Assembly (NCBI GenBank): GCA_964016885.1
Contig: OZ024741.1
Location: 379,502,001 to 379,566,000 of the forward strand
Length of the DNA: 64,000 bases
Source: Eledone cirrhosa
Lineage: Eukaryota
Direction of reading: 5' to 3'
Part shown: one piece after another, positions 1 to 13,439 of the stretch
Numbering within the stretch: the stretch's first letter is position 1
Layout: each line of letters begins with the position of its first letter
Notes under the pieces: generated by a model
What the model was told of the DNA's origin: nothing
Databases searched by the model: none
Seen by the model: the letters and a program-made list of their open reading frames with translations, nothing else
Program-made: the position numbers and the translations under genes

Positions 1-650
1 ACAATTCTCTAAGCCGAGGCATTTTAAAGAACATAATGAAAAGTTTTATTATCTTGTGATTCTTGCTTCAATAATTCTTCTTGTATAAAATATTTGTTCG
101 CGGTTAATTTCGTATACAGCATAAATATGTTGCTGGTGGCAATTCATATTCACCAATGAACAGTTACTTTTGCGGCATTGCAAAAGTTGTAACTTTTCGA
201 GTTTTACAGACAACATTTCAAACTGTCTCATATTCAGTAATGAAATATCTATATACTTAGTCCAGATCTCTGAATCTTTGAAACACAGGTGTCGGTGTTC
301 TTCCAGAGTGAAGGTGGTTTAGGGGATTCAGCTAACTAACGTTCCTCAACATTGCAGGTTACTACTCTCGAAATACTGTCCTCAATGTGTTCGTAAACAT
401 CGCTTAAAAAAATATGGCCTCCAATCGCAGCTCTCACACGCTACATCGGGCCTAATGGACGCCAAAAATGTTCATCGCATCATCAATCTCCCATTTCCAA
501 GGAATAAATGTCTGATATCATAACTAAGGCAGTGTATCGTACGAACCATTCTCTTGTGGAAAACAAACTCACACATACATACACACTTACACAAGCATAT
601 GCACACATACACAAAATGTGTGTGTATATACATATATATATATATATATA

Positions 651-1245
651 TCCAAAATTAAATTAAATTAAGGGTCATGTCCGAGACATGCGCCATATCC
701 ACCGTTGAATAAGCTCAAAGATTCCAATGAATAGATTCGGGCATTTTATATCAACTAGAAATGATTGACATATATATATTTAAAATAAACTCATGAAACA
801 ATCACAGGTGATAATTTGTAAAGTGCGTAAGCACACACAGCTAGGTAGGTAACTAATTAAAGTTTAACAAAAACTTCAGATATTACCTTTTAAAAATGAT
901 TAATCTTCCTTGTAAATATTTCATTAAAGAAATATATTTCACAATTAATCCGCAAACTGACAGTAATCAAATTACGAATCTTTAGCAAGGGAGAAGATTT
1001 AACTTGTTGTGTTTACATATCCAATGCAAATTGCGAATGACCTGTCGCACGTGTTGCATTTTTAAAACTACACACATCGTGCCAGCGTCAATGGGGTTAT
1101 CGACAGCTAGAAATAGCAGCCGAGTCCTTTCAAATGACAATTAATGGGCCGTGTATATATCCAAAATTAAATTGGAATCTTTTAGCTTATTCTACGGTGG
1201 ATATGGCGCATGTCTCGGACATGACCCTTAATTTAATTTAATTTG
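651..1245 (-). mobile_element. Non-coding PLE pLTR-like element (~510-nt unit, start of a tandem copy at 1161, inverted end 1173-1245)
   Basis: Abuts (AT)n; 1173-1245 is the reverse complement of 651-727; related diverged copy at 62653-63333; bulged hairpin at 713-742 (-). Confidence 0.6.
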
Positions 1246-2517
1246 GGACAGTTTGAAGGCTTCTGCGATGACGTGTCTGGACTGTTTGACGTTATTGGGC
1301 TGCTGTTTGTACCCAAGAAGTAGCGGCTATTTATAGACAGCTCCACCACAAGTTTGAAGGCTGTCCTACTCCACAATGATAACAAGTTCCCAACACTGCC
1401 ACTAGCTCATTCCGTCTGTCTGAAGTAAGATTACTGCAGTGTGAAAGTCCTCTTGGAAGCTCTGCAATACAACCAGTACGATTGGGAAATCATTGGAGAC
1501 TTCACGATGGTGGCTTTCCTGCTTGGACACCAAGGAGGCTTTATAAAATTCCTATGCTTCCTCTACCTTTGTGACAGCAGAGCTACTTCTGACCACTATA
1601 AAAGAAAGAACTGGGAGCAGCGAACAGAATTTGTAGTTGGGACCCGGAACGGCATGTGGGTGCCACTGGTTGATCCCATGATTGTGCTCATGCCGCCACT
1701 GCACATTAAGTTGGATTTGATGAAGCAGTTTGTGAAGGCTCTCAACCAAGAATCAGCCACTTTTACGTACCTTCTTGAGTTCTTCCCCAGTTATCTGAGG
1801 CCAAAATCAAAGGTGGAATTTTTGTAGGACCTCAGATAAAGAAGGTGTTTGAGTCAACCGAGTTCTTCAATAAGCTCAATAGGATTGAGAGAACATCGTG
1901 GAACTGTTTCAGCGCAGTTCTTAAGGACGTCCTGGGCAACTAGAGAGCTGAAAACTACCAGCAACTGGTGCAGGATCTGTTAAAAGCTTTTGGCGCCATG
2001 GGATGCAGGAAGTCCCTTAAACTCCATATGCTGGACGCTCACCTGGAAATATTCAAGGGCAATATGTGTTCCTACTCGGAAGAACAAGGCGAACGATTCC
2101 ACCAAGTTGTGAAAGAGATAGAGCGGTGGTACCAGGGCCACTACAATGAAACAATAATGTGGGACTATATCTAGGGCTACTGCGGGAATGCGACCTAGAC
2201 TACAACCGTAAATCCAGGAAATCCAGTCATTGCTGACGTGTATAAGTTGCTTTATAATTGTTATTTTTGTTTACTTGTTTGCTTTTGATAAGCTTGTGTA
2301 ATAAAATGAATATATACTCTGTTGATTTAATTATATGAACTGAGAAATTTTAAAAAATGTGTTTTTTTTCTTGAAAAATATGAAAATTTTGAAATATCAA
2401 ACTCCTGACCACAAACACAAATTCTGATTAAATAATAGTGTTTTTTTATAATAATGGGATATAACAAACCATGAAATTACACTTAGAACCGGGGAACAAA
2501 AAATATGTTACACGCTG
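1246..2517 (+). mobile_element. CMC-superfamily (Chapaev-like) DNA transposon 3' part with degenerate transposase
   Basis: Motifs LFIDSS..SLKAVLLHN, GDF.MV..LLG.QGG, PPLHIKL, SLKLHML..HL, SEEQGERFHQ across frameshifted ORFs 1441-1827 and 1968-2174; probable terminus ...tgttacacgctg at 2517. Confidence 0.65.
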
Positions 2518-3416
2518 ATTATCAATTCACGGTTGATTGTGCTATACAACATTATTCATAATTGCTCGCATTCCATTGCTTGGGCAATGATACGAGAGCA
2601 GAGAATCACACCTAACGCCCGACATTCACAATTATGGTCAGTTAAATACTGCGGCACACTTTACATCAGCTTGAACAACTTTCGTATTCAATGTAAGTGA
2701 ATGAGAATGGTTGTTTCTTATGCTACAACTAGCACGTTGAAGCGTTGACATGATGTCTTGCGTGAGATAATTTCATCGAAGTCCCATACATTTGAAGTCG
2801 GATGGATGCGCTCTATGAAGGACAATTTCAAGACTGTAATCACCGGACCGGAGGCCGACGAATCAGTCTCAGACATGCAGTATGAACTAAATTCATTCTT
2901 AATGCGACGACCAGATGCTGTTATGGTTGGCCACATTTGTAGACAAGAATAAATGATTTGGGTAGATATATGCGGCGTAACAAATAATTAGAAACGCACA
3001 TACAGCATACCACCTTCACATGCTATAACTGTGCGTATGAAGAACCTTCAACATTTCCAGAATGCTCTATCAGAATGATTTCTACACTCACCGTCGAGCA
3101 AGAATCAGAATTCCTTTTCACAATTAATTTTGCGAAGCAGCATAGCCAAACGCTGTCTGTGGTAGTTACCACAATTCCGGTTTGTATTTATTTCTTGATT
3201 TATTCTTAAATTGAGTCTGGCAGACCCTATTGCCCATAGTTAGTATTTTTTTTACCTTAGCGAATCTGGTCCCTTACGATTTCAACACATATATGTATAT
3301 ATCTGTGTTTATCTTTTTTTTATATTCAATTATAATATACGGCTTGGAAAAATCTCTTTCCTAGAGCAATTTTATTGTAAGAGACTATTTTGAGTATCTA
3401 ACTCAATGTATACCTT

Positions 3417-3473
<57 letters not shown>

Positions 3474-3476
<3 letters not shown>

Positions 3477-4737
3477 GGGTTGGACAAAATATTGAAAACA
3501 CCTTACAATTTCAAACAAATTTATTTTAATATGGAATAGGACCGCCTTTGGCAGTAATTACAGCTTGAATTCTAAGAGGTATGGACTCGTACAAAGTTTC
3601 CATTCTTTCCAAAGGAATTTTTGTCCATTCTTCATCTAAAACAGTCTCCAGTTCGTGTAGTGATGATAATGGAAGATATCGACTCCTTACATGTTTTTCT
3701 AAAATGCATCATAAATGTTCAATAATATTGAGATGAGAGGACTGTAGTGGCCAGATAAGATGTTCAACTTCACTAGAATATTCCTCGTGCCATTCAGTAA
3801 CAACTTTAGCTATGTAAATTAGTGCATTATCACCCTGAAAGATTGCGTTTCCATACGGAAACAGTTCCGCAACGATAGAATTTGATCAGATAAAATGCTT
3901 AAATAGTACTGACTATTAATTCTGCCATGAAGGGAAACCATTGGGCCGGCGCATTTCCTATATATAGCCCCCAGATCATTACAGATCCTCCTCCATGTTT
4001 AACAGTTGAAAGAAGGCAGTCTGGATCAAATGCTTCTTTCAGCTGTCTCCACAAGTATACTCGGCCGGTGGTCGGAAATAAGGAAAAGGATGATTCGTCC
4101 GAGAAAATTACATTTTTCAACTGCTCTAGAGACCAATTCTGTAGGTTTTTACTTCACTGTAAACGCTTTGCAGCGTTTGTTTTTGAAAGTAGTGGTTTTC
4201 TGATTGCAGCCCTTCCGTGAAATCCCGCTTTGTGCAGCTCCCAGCGAACAGTTTTTGTGGAAACTGGGTTCTTGAGGTGGTCATTAAGCTTTGCAGTAAT
4301 TTTGGGAGGTGTACTTTTGTGATCCTTTCTAACAATTCAAGTAAGAGTCCGAAGGTCCCTATCTGATAGATTTGGTTTTCTTCCGGAGTTTGTTTCGACG
4401 AGGAGGTTTTTCCATCTTTCTCAAAGGCTGCCATTACATTCGAGACGTTACTTCTTGATACACCAAATATTTCGGCTGCTTTCGTTACGCTAGCGACTGC
4501 CATACGAGCACGAACAATTGGACCTCTTTGAAAGTACGATAGATCTGTCATTTTAATGAAATTTAATTACCTTTTTCTGATATATGAAGAGAAACAGCAA
4601 TTTTAACAAAACATATTAAGCAACACTAATAATAAATAAAAAAACATAAAAATAAACAATCTTTTGACAGTTTTATAGATATTTCAATATTATGATGCTA
4701 TGATGCTAGGTATTTCCATTATTTTGTCCAACCCCTG
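3474..4737 (-). mobile_element. Tc1-family DNA transposon with degenerate transposase
   Basis: TIRs CAGGGGTTGGACAAAATA.. / ..TATTTTGTCCAACCCCTG flanked by TA; ORF pieces MTDLSYFQRG..(HTH), VIFSDES, TVKHGGGSVMIWG; frameshifts. Confidence 0.93.
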
Positions 4738-4752
4738 TATATATATATATAT

Positions 4753-6223
4753 AATGAAAAATTGAACAGGGACAGAACAGAGAGGCAGTACAATAAATGT
4801 TTATTAAATTCACGCTCAGGAGAGTGGGGGGTAGAGCATCTACGAACCTTTTGGCTGCGGCCAAGCTAACGAATGCAGATATGGGATGCAGCTTAGCACT
4901 CGATGGAGATTATTACCCCAGAGTTATAACAATACGTTTAGACAGCTTTGCAAATCAAATATAGCGACCGATAGTCTGGCCGCATTGCCATAACAACGAA
5001 AAAACTGAACTCAGGAAAAGATTTTGACTGACCTGGACCATCGCATGGACATCGTATGCAACACATAACGTATAACGAATAGCATACAATATACATCACG
5101 TACACCATACAGCATCCACGCTAGGTTTCTGTAAATCCGTGATCGACATATTCCGCTTGCAGGGGTCTGCAAGTTGATGTCCTTTGACGACAGAACAAAG
5201 GATTTACTTCGTCAACATGTCTTGCGTTCTATAGCCTCGACGGTTGTATATTCTAGCAGTAATTTTCGCTATAGACAGGTGGTTTTCCCAAAGGGAGGTA
5301 ACCTCCGTTTTGGCGCTCAATTCGAAATGTGGGACAAAGGAATGAAATTCCATTAGACAAACCGAATTAAGCACTTAACCAGAAGTTATCAAACAAACAT
5401 AAACAATTAATCAATCAATGGAATTGTCTACTTAAATTAATCAGTTAATCGTTAATTATAGGAGTTAAACATACAAATTTTAGTACAGCTTCAACGAAGC
5501 TTTTCGCTGCCGCCAAGTTACCGAATGCAGATTCAGAATCTAGCTTAGCACTCGATGGAGAATATTACCCCAGAGTTATAACAATACATTTAGACAGCTT
5601 TGCAAATCAAATATAGCGACCGACAGTCTGGTCGCATTGCCATAGCAAAGAAAAAAACTGAAATCTGGAAAAGATTTTGACTGACTTGGACCATCGCATC
5701 GACATCGTATGCAACACATAACGTATAACGAATAGCATGCAATATACATCACATATAACATACAACATCCACGCTAGGTTTCTGTAAATCCGAGATCGAC
5801 AAATTCCGCTTGCAGGTGCTGCAAGATAATGGCCTTTGACGACAGAACAAAGGATTTACTTCGTCAACATATCTTGCGTTCTATAGCCTCGACGGGCATA
5901 TTCTAGCAGTAATTTTCGCTATATACACGTGGTTTTCCCAAAGGGAGGTAACCTCCGTTTTCACGGTCATTTCGAAATTTGGGATAAAGGAATGAAATTC
6001 CCTTAGACAAACCGAATTAATCACTCAATCAGTAGTTTTCAAACAAACAAACAATTAATCAATCAATGGAATTGTCTAATTAAATTAATCAGTTAATCGT
6101 TAATTCTAGGAGTTAAAAATACTAATTTTAGTACAGCACCAACGAAGATATTGGCTACGGCCAAGCTAACGTTTGCAGATTCGGAATGTATCTTAGCACT
6201 CGATGGAGAATATTACCCCAGAG

Positions 6224-6224
<1 letters not shown>
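4753..6224 (-). mobile_element. Tandem ~650-nt non-coding PLE-pLTR/retrozyme-like array (~2.1 units)
   Basis: Motif agcactcgatggag recurs at 4895, 5547 and 6195; (AT)n on both sides; hammerhead-like core in each full unit. Confidence 0.7.
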
Positions 6225-6279
<55 letters not shown>

Positions 6280-6352
6280 TTATTTATTATGTGTGTGTGT
6301 GTGTGTGTGGAATCATTTTTGTAGAGCCTTCTGGAAATGTTGAAGGTTGTAC

Positions 6353-6385
<33 letters not shown>

Positions 6386-6407
6386 CATATATATTTATAT
6401 ATATATG

Positions 6408-6440
<33 letters not shown>

Positions 6441-6441
6441 G

Positions 6442-6529
<88 letters not shown>

Positions 6530-6959
6530 TAATTGAGGTTGGTAATGGCACATGGAATATATAAGAGACAGGATACTTTTTGTGAAAATATAATTTTATA
6601 AGGTAAGGAAAGAATAAAGGTTATAAAAATTGACCGGTTTCGATGGGTCTGCAAAAGCCATATTTTCAAATGTTGATTAATATTAAGAAAAATTAATAAT
6701 AAAAAGAGTTAAAATTTGAGATTTGAAAAGTCAAGTATAAAATTCAGTGTGAGATTTCATAGTAGTTTTCATCTTGGTAGCAGCAAGTTGACTGCTGTGT
6801 GCCTTTCTGGTAGTGAATGAGGAGTTATTTGTGGGGGGGGGGGGGGTTATAAAGGTCAGATTTAGCAATGGCCAGCTGCTGGTCAGTGAGGGGGTGGAAG
6901 CAATATACATACATATATCTCCCTGTGGTCGGTAGGAGAGGGGAGAGTGATAGAAAGGG

Positions 6960-7030
6960 ATTTAGTGCACTTACACCTATATATACACACATACCCTCAT
7001 CCACACACACATACATATACATATACATAC

Positions 7031-7065
<35 letters not shown>

Positions 7066-7575
7066 CATATACACACACATACATACACACACATACATAT
7101 ACATACACACATACACACATACACACACACACACATATACATACACACATACACACATACACACACACACACATATATATATATATACATACACATACAT
7201 CCAAATACACACATACATACACACACACATACATACACATATATATATATACATATATGTACATACACATATATACACATATATATATATATATACACAC
7301 ACACACATAGATACACACACACATATACATACACACATACAAACACACACACATATATACACATACACACACATATATATATACACACACACATATATAT
7401 ACACACACACGCATACATCCAGATACACACATACATACACACACACACAATACATACACATACATACATCCACATGCACACACATACACACACACACACA
7501 CACATACACATACATACACCCACACACATAGAGAAATGGCCTCCAAATATATATATATACATACATACACATATA
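6960..7575. repeat. Compound (CA)/(TA)/(CATA) microsatellite
   Basis: Direct reading; explains the YI/HT/CV ORFs. Confidence 0.95.
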
Positions 7576-7899
7576 TTTTTTCCATAATATAAGAAGTTAG
7601 GACAGTGAAATTAAAATACAAGTCATTCTGATCACATTGAGTTCTTCGTGTAGATTGGGCCCCGCAACCGACAGTGGTGAATTCTGTGTGCGCATATATA
7701 TATATAGATATATGTGTGTGCACGTGCAGGGTTTAATATGGATGTGGTGGTCACACAAAGACATGGTCTGTCAACGAATAAACCTGATTCTACAGAATTG
7801 GTTTCTGGTCTTTAATAGTAGTGATAATTATATACATGCACACATACACACACATATCTGTCACTCCGTGCGTATGTGTGTTTATATTTTATGACAATT

Positions 7900-10268
7900 C
7901 TATTGGGGTGATAACCCGTTTAGTTTTGGTTTAAATTTGTTAAGGAATAGATTTTCTTTGTTTATTCTTTGTTGCTGTGTGAACGAATCTGAGCACTTGT
8001 AGAAGGGGAAGATTTTAAAGTTGGGTAGTGTCATTCCTGCGCAGTTCGCAATATGGCTGCTCAAGGGGATTTTTCTTGTGTTAGCGTCCCGGATTTGTTG
8101 GCGGTGGATGGTCATTCTTTTGCGTGATGAGGTGCCCGTCTGTCCTATGTAGTTGTGTTTGCACCCACCACAAGTTATTGCGTAAATCAAGTTCTCCGAG
8201 TTGCAGGTGAAATTGTTTTTTACTGTAAATGTTTGGCCATCTTTAAATGTAAATTTTCGTCCTTCAGTGAGGTAGAGGCACGTTCCACAGTTTGTTCTAC
8301 CACATTTGGTAACTGTAGGGTTGAGGATTGGTTTGGGTATATTTGGTCCAGTGAGAATGTGTTTTAGTGATTTGGGTTGTCTTTTACTTTTAAGGATCTT
8401 GTGTGTTTCAAGAATAGACTTCATTGTTACATCTTTAAGTAGGATGGGGAGGTTTTTGTGTAGGTGATCAAACATTTCGGTATTTCTGGGGTTGAAAGTG
8501 GATACACATGGCAGGGTGTTGAGTGTGGTTTTCTGTTTTGGATTGTTAAGTTGATGGGGATTTAGGTGTTTTGCCCTGTCTATTCCATTGTTGATTATTT
8601 CAAGTGGAAAGGCTCTTAAGATAAGGGTGTCTTTTAGTTCCTTTAGTCTTTGCTCCCGTTTAGGTGGATCTGATACTATGGTACATATACGTTTGGCCAA
8701 ATTGTAAGGAATGTTAAGTTTTGTATGTTTTGGTTGACTTGATGTGAAAAAGAGGTATTGATTGGAATCTGTGGGTTTATAGAATATATCTGTATCTAAT
8801 TTCCCGTCTATTACAGAGATGAGAATATCCAAGAAGGCTATTTCCTTGGGATTGGATTCCATTGTGAATTGTATGTTATTATCTATGTTGTTTATCATGT
8901 TTTTAAACATAGTAAGTGAGTTCATGTCTTCTTGCCATAGGATAAAGCAGTCGTGTAGATATCTTTTCCAATTGGCTTTGAGGTGTATGTGGAAAGAGTC
9001 TCCAAATAAGAGAAGGGACTGACTGTATATTTGTTGTTCATGGAATCCCATGATTAGGTTGGCATATGTGGGTGCTACTTTCGTGCCCATTGCAGTACCT
9101 GATACTTGTCTGTATGTTGAACCATTGAATGTGAAGTAGTTATTTTGTAGGATAAAGCGGAGTCCGTCAGTGATAAAATCTTTGTTGATGCGTGTCGGTA
9201 TTTCTGATGGGTGTGTGTTAGGCCAGTATTGGACAGCTGTTATTCCATAGTTGTGGGGTATGTTTGTGTAGAGGTTTATTACGTCAAAGGAGACAAGAAT
9301 TGTATTTGCAATTACTGTTTCAGAATGTCAAGGTCATCTCGTATGTAGCTCTGTATATTTTGTAGAAAGGGTTTCAGTAGGATGTCCAGAAAGTTGCTAA
9401 GTCTGTGGGTTTCACATGTAGGGCCTGCTATAATTGGCCTGAGTTTTAGGTCTTCTGGTGGTGTTAGTTCAATGTAATTGTTGGTTGAGGTGTCACATGC
9501 ATCGTTTATGGGTTTACATTTGTGGAGTTTCGGTAAGCCGTAAAAAGAGCTTGTATTGCATTTGAAGTGGCTTATATAGTTAAACTCTTTTGTGGTTAAG
9601 CTGTTGCAGTATTTATTCAGTAAGGTCAAAAGGTTCCCCATTGTTTTGGTGTGTTTGTAGTTTTCTGTTTTTTCATAGTATGTGTTGTTTTCTAAAATGT
9701 TAAGTGCAAGGGTCCTATAGTAGTCCGTATTCATAATGACAACAGTACTGCCTTTATCGGCTTCTTTGATGGTTATCTCAGGGTTGTTTCTAAGTGTGAA
9801 TAATTCTTCCCATTCGTGTGTAGATAGGTTTGATTTCTTGTGTTTATTTGTAATTTTTTCATAGGGAAAGTTGGTGATGTGTTCGCAGTACGTGTCCAGT
9901 GCTTTATTTCTTCCCCTTTGTGGGCAGAAATTGCTTATATTTCTAACCAGTGATTCGTCTTCAGTGTTGGTGTCGTTGTGGAAGAATTCCGTTATTCGCA
10001 GCTTTCGGCAGTATTCTATGATGTCATCCTTCATTTCGGGGAAGTTTGGTTTACGTGGTGTAGGTGTAAATTTCAGGCCCTTACTTAAAATGATGATTTG
10101 TGTGTTGGTTAGAGGTGTCTTTGAGAGGTTGATTATTTTTGGTTTCTCCTGAGGGGGGGGGGGGGGCATCGAGTATCCTGGTATATGTATATATATATAC
10201 ATATATATATCAGGATAGGAAATAATGATTATTTTTGGTTTCTCCTGAGGGGGGGGGGGGGGGGGCAT
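7900..10268 (-). pseudogene. Penelope-like element RT + C-terminal GIY-YIG endonuclease (Neptune-like), disrupted
   Basis: LSKGLKFTPTP, ADKGSTVV, FYGLPKLHK, LRPII, MGTKVAPTYANL, RYLHD (degenerate YxDD), FLDI, C-x4-C-x2-C linker, NLIYAITC..C...YIGQT; stop and frameshift near 9310. Confidence 0.9.
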
Positions 10269-10380
10269 CGAGTATCCTGGTATATGTATATATATACATA
10301 TATATATCAGGATAGAAAATAATGTAAACTAGTCAGGAGTATTCACTATCTGAAATAGTAGAGTATGGATATATTAGAAA

Positions 10381-11725
10381 ATGTTGAGACTCGACGGCTG
10401 CGCTCTTCATATTTCAGAGTGCGCTTACATCGGAGTAGCCCAATGCTTTAGTCTCCGCGTGTGTGTCGCTGCGAGGGGGGGGGGCAAATTCTGCCTCAAC
10501 CCTCTGTCGTGCCGCCGGAGCGAAGGCCGCGTCCCACGACACACCGCTCTCAACGAAAATATTGAGAAAAAGCCTGGACGCAGTTCACTTTACATCCCAA
10601 CAGCTTGCCTAGACCACGGAGATGGCAAGTGTACGACTGATTCACCATCTTCCCATCTTCAGGTACATCCCTAATCTGGTATACCACCTGCTGCGATACT
10701 TTTTCCGCCACAAAATCTACATCGTGGTCCATCTCGCGGAAGAAAGTAAAAGAAACAAAATACCGGGGTTTGTCTTGCTGCTTCCTCCTCACACCAGTCA
10801 CCGTCGAGAATTCAGGTGTACTTGCACCCCGTACTGCCCAGCTTCTCTGAAAGATTGGAAGTTGGGTGGCTGTTGCACCGGATGTCACTGGCCATTGTCC
10901 GCGGCAATGCTCTTGCCGTCTTGTCCTAGGTCCAAAGACCAATCACCCTTCCACATCCCAATCCCTTCTCTCCAGCGACACCCGTTCCCCTTCCGGTTCT
11001 TTTACGAGTTTCTTTCTCTCTCTTTTCTCTATGATTCCCTATTCTTTCTTTCCTTTTGTCTCCCTTTTTTTATTATTGCCGTCATTGCTTGTCCGAGATG
11101 CACGCAAGGCGACGAAACTGTCCTGCCCGCTTTCGTCCAGTGTCCGAGCATTCCTAACTTCTGGGATTATTTCGAACCCCGGGTGTCGTGTGTAGGACGG
11201 ATCCGGCTATCAGCTGAGTCCATCGTGAGGATTGCCCTGCCGTCTTCCTTTAGCCAGGAAGGGCAGGCAGTTTCTCTCTGCCCGGTGGCCATGGCGAAAG
11301 TGATAGTGTGGTGGACGTGTTTGAAAGAGATGAAGAGGAGCATTTACCTCTTCCGTGATGCCGTGATTAACTTTTTCAAATTACATTTGAAAAGGAAAAT
11401 CAGGGTAGAGAGGGAAATGCTCTCTTCCCAGCATTTTGTTGAAAGATGGGTGAGAGAGGCAAACGTGGCACGAATCAATGGGCTGGTTCGAGTATACCCT
11501 TGTAAATTGAAGGTGGAAAATTATAGGAGAGGGCCCTTGCCCTGGTAATCAGGGTCACCGTGGCTTTTTTAATGGGCTTTCTCCACCAGTGTCCCTCGTA
11601 TGCCTCTCCTCTATTTTTTGTTATTTCCTTTGGGTTTTTTTACATGCAGAAATGCCGATTTGTACCGCCCTGTGCTCTCCTTAATGTTATACTTTATGTC
11701 AACCCTCGTGGTTAATAAAGAAAAC
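10381..11725 (+). mobile_element. L1/Tx1-like LINE 3' fragment (11085-11725), preceded by a probable inverted ORF1-like piece
   Basis: CPRC.QGDETV.. zinc-knuckle region homologous to 22950-23635; AATAAA then (TTA)n; minus strand near 10700 reads GPRCRFCG. Confidence 0.7.
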
Positions 11726-11746
11726 ATTATTATTAATATTATTATT

Positions 11747-13398
11747 GCTCTCTGAGTCTCATTCATTGATGTTATTTAACTGGAAAGTTTGTTGAAATGA
11801 ATATCATACCTGCACCCTCAGACATTCAGGACGTATCGGATGTTTCTTCATTTTTCCAGCAAGCATGCCTTTTGAAGTGTACCAAAAAGCGGGGCTGGAC
11901 TAAACTTCTTTAACCATCCTTGTATATTCTTTGAGATAGTACCAGTGCCCCTATGATAATCGGGACAACCTTCATTTCATGGCAGTTCCAAATCCTTTTT
12001 AACTCCCACTTTAAATCCTGGTGTCCGTTAATTTTCTCTCTCTCCTTTTCTTAGACTCTCGTATCAAATGTACAAGCTACATCTACAATCAGGCACCATC
12101 TTTTTTCCTTCTCCAAAACCACCAGGGCAGGCCTATTGTGTACTAATTTCTTGCCCGCCTGTATACGAAAATCCCATAGCACCTTCACCTGATCGACTCT
12201 GGCTTATGCTCATACCACTTCTCAGAATGTGGTAAATTGTTTACTTTGCAGAGGTGCCAGTGGATCACCCTGCCCATCACATCATGTCTCCAGCCATTAT
12301 AGTGAATATGGGCTACGTGTTCAGACGCTAATACAATGAGCCGCAGTCTCCTCTCTCTCTCCACAGATCTTACACTGTGAGCTAGCCTCCTCCTTGTCAA
12401 TATGGTGTTTAACCCACTTCGTTCTGAGGGCTTGCTCTGGCGCAGGCGTTAGCATTCCTTCTGAAGCTTGTTTAAGGTCTCCTCTTTTTAACCAGTTCCA
12501 TGGCTGTGGATCGCTAAATTCAGTTCTGTTAAAGAATGTACTACGAAGGGAATTTTCATGAAGGTTACTCTTCCTCCTTGCCGTGATTTCCTCCTTGGAC
12601 TTCCCCTGGTATATTGTCTGCTTCTTCAGTACAATTTTGAGCATTGGACCCCCTACTGTCAGTCACCTATTTGTGCAGGTTGTTTTTCTCCATCTGAACA
12701 CAGTCCTCTATGCTGATAAGACCACTTCCCCCTTCATATCTCTTTAAGTAGAGTCTATCGACATCACTCCTCTTGTGGAACATGTTGTAGATAGTCAATA
12801 ACTTCCTAGTCTTCCTATCCATTTCTTTTTGTTCAGCAATATTCCATTTCAGAATTTCCGCACTGTACCTAATAATAGACACATCTCGGGAATTCACAGC
12901 ACTTATGACATTCCTACAAATTTAGATGTGATTTTAATACGCTCCTTAATCTCCTTATATACGCAGATCTTATCAATTCCTTCATTTTTTTGTTCTTGAT
13001 GTCATCTGCCTCCAGAACACCTATATATGTGTATCCCTCTCCAGTGTCAATTTCCTTTATCATCTCATCTGTTGGTACCTGGATTCCGTTGCTTCTGCTC
13101 AATTTATCCCTCTTCATCACTAGGACTCCACAAATATTAATACCAAATTCCATACATATATCATTACTGAAAATACGGACAGTGCCAACAAGTACATCCA
13201 ACTACTTCTCACTCTTCCCAAAGAGATTAAGATCGTCCATGAAGAGGAGGTGATTGATGGTAAGCTCTCCTTTTCCCAACGTGTATGCTGCGCTCATAGT
13301 TCGCAATATAACGGTCAGGGGTATCAGGGCAAAGACAAACAGCAGAGGGGACAAACTATCTCCCTGGAAGATATCTCTCTTGATCTTCACGCCTCCCA
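11747..13398 (-). mobile_element. R4/Dong-like non-LTR retrotransposon, 5'-truncated (RT, CCHC, restriction-like endonuclease)
   Basis: IFQGDSLSPLLF, INHLLFMDDL, CKICGEREETAAH, RHDVMGRVIHW; flanked on both sides by (TTA)n. Confidence 0.82.
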
Positions 13399-13400
13399 GG

Positions 13401-13439
<39 letters not shown>

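Noticed and set aside
49-450. Possible host exon
   Set aside because: No recognisable domain or supportable splice structure
2520-3230. Short ORFs resembling a LINE C-terminus
   Set aside because: Too degenerate to assign
6186-7723. Long overlapping ORFs rich in YI/HT/CV
   Set aside because: Translations of microsatellites
10336-10365. Signal hairpin upstream of the Neptune ORF
   Set aside because: Bulge and basal stem imperfect; not counted
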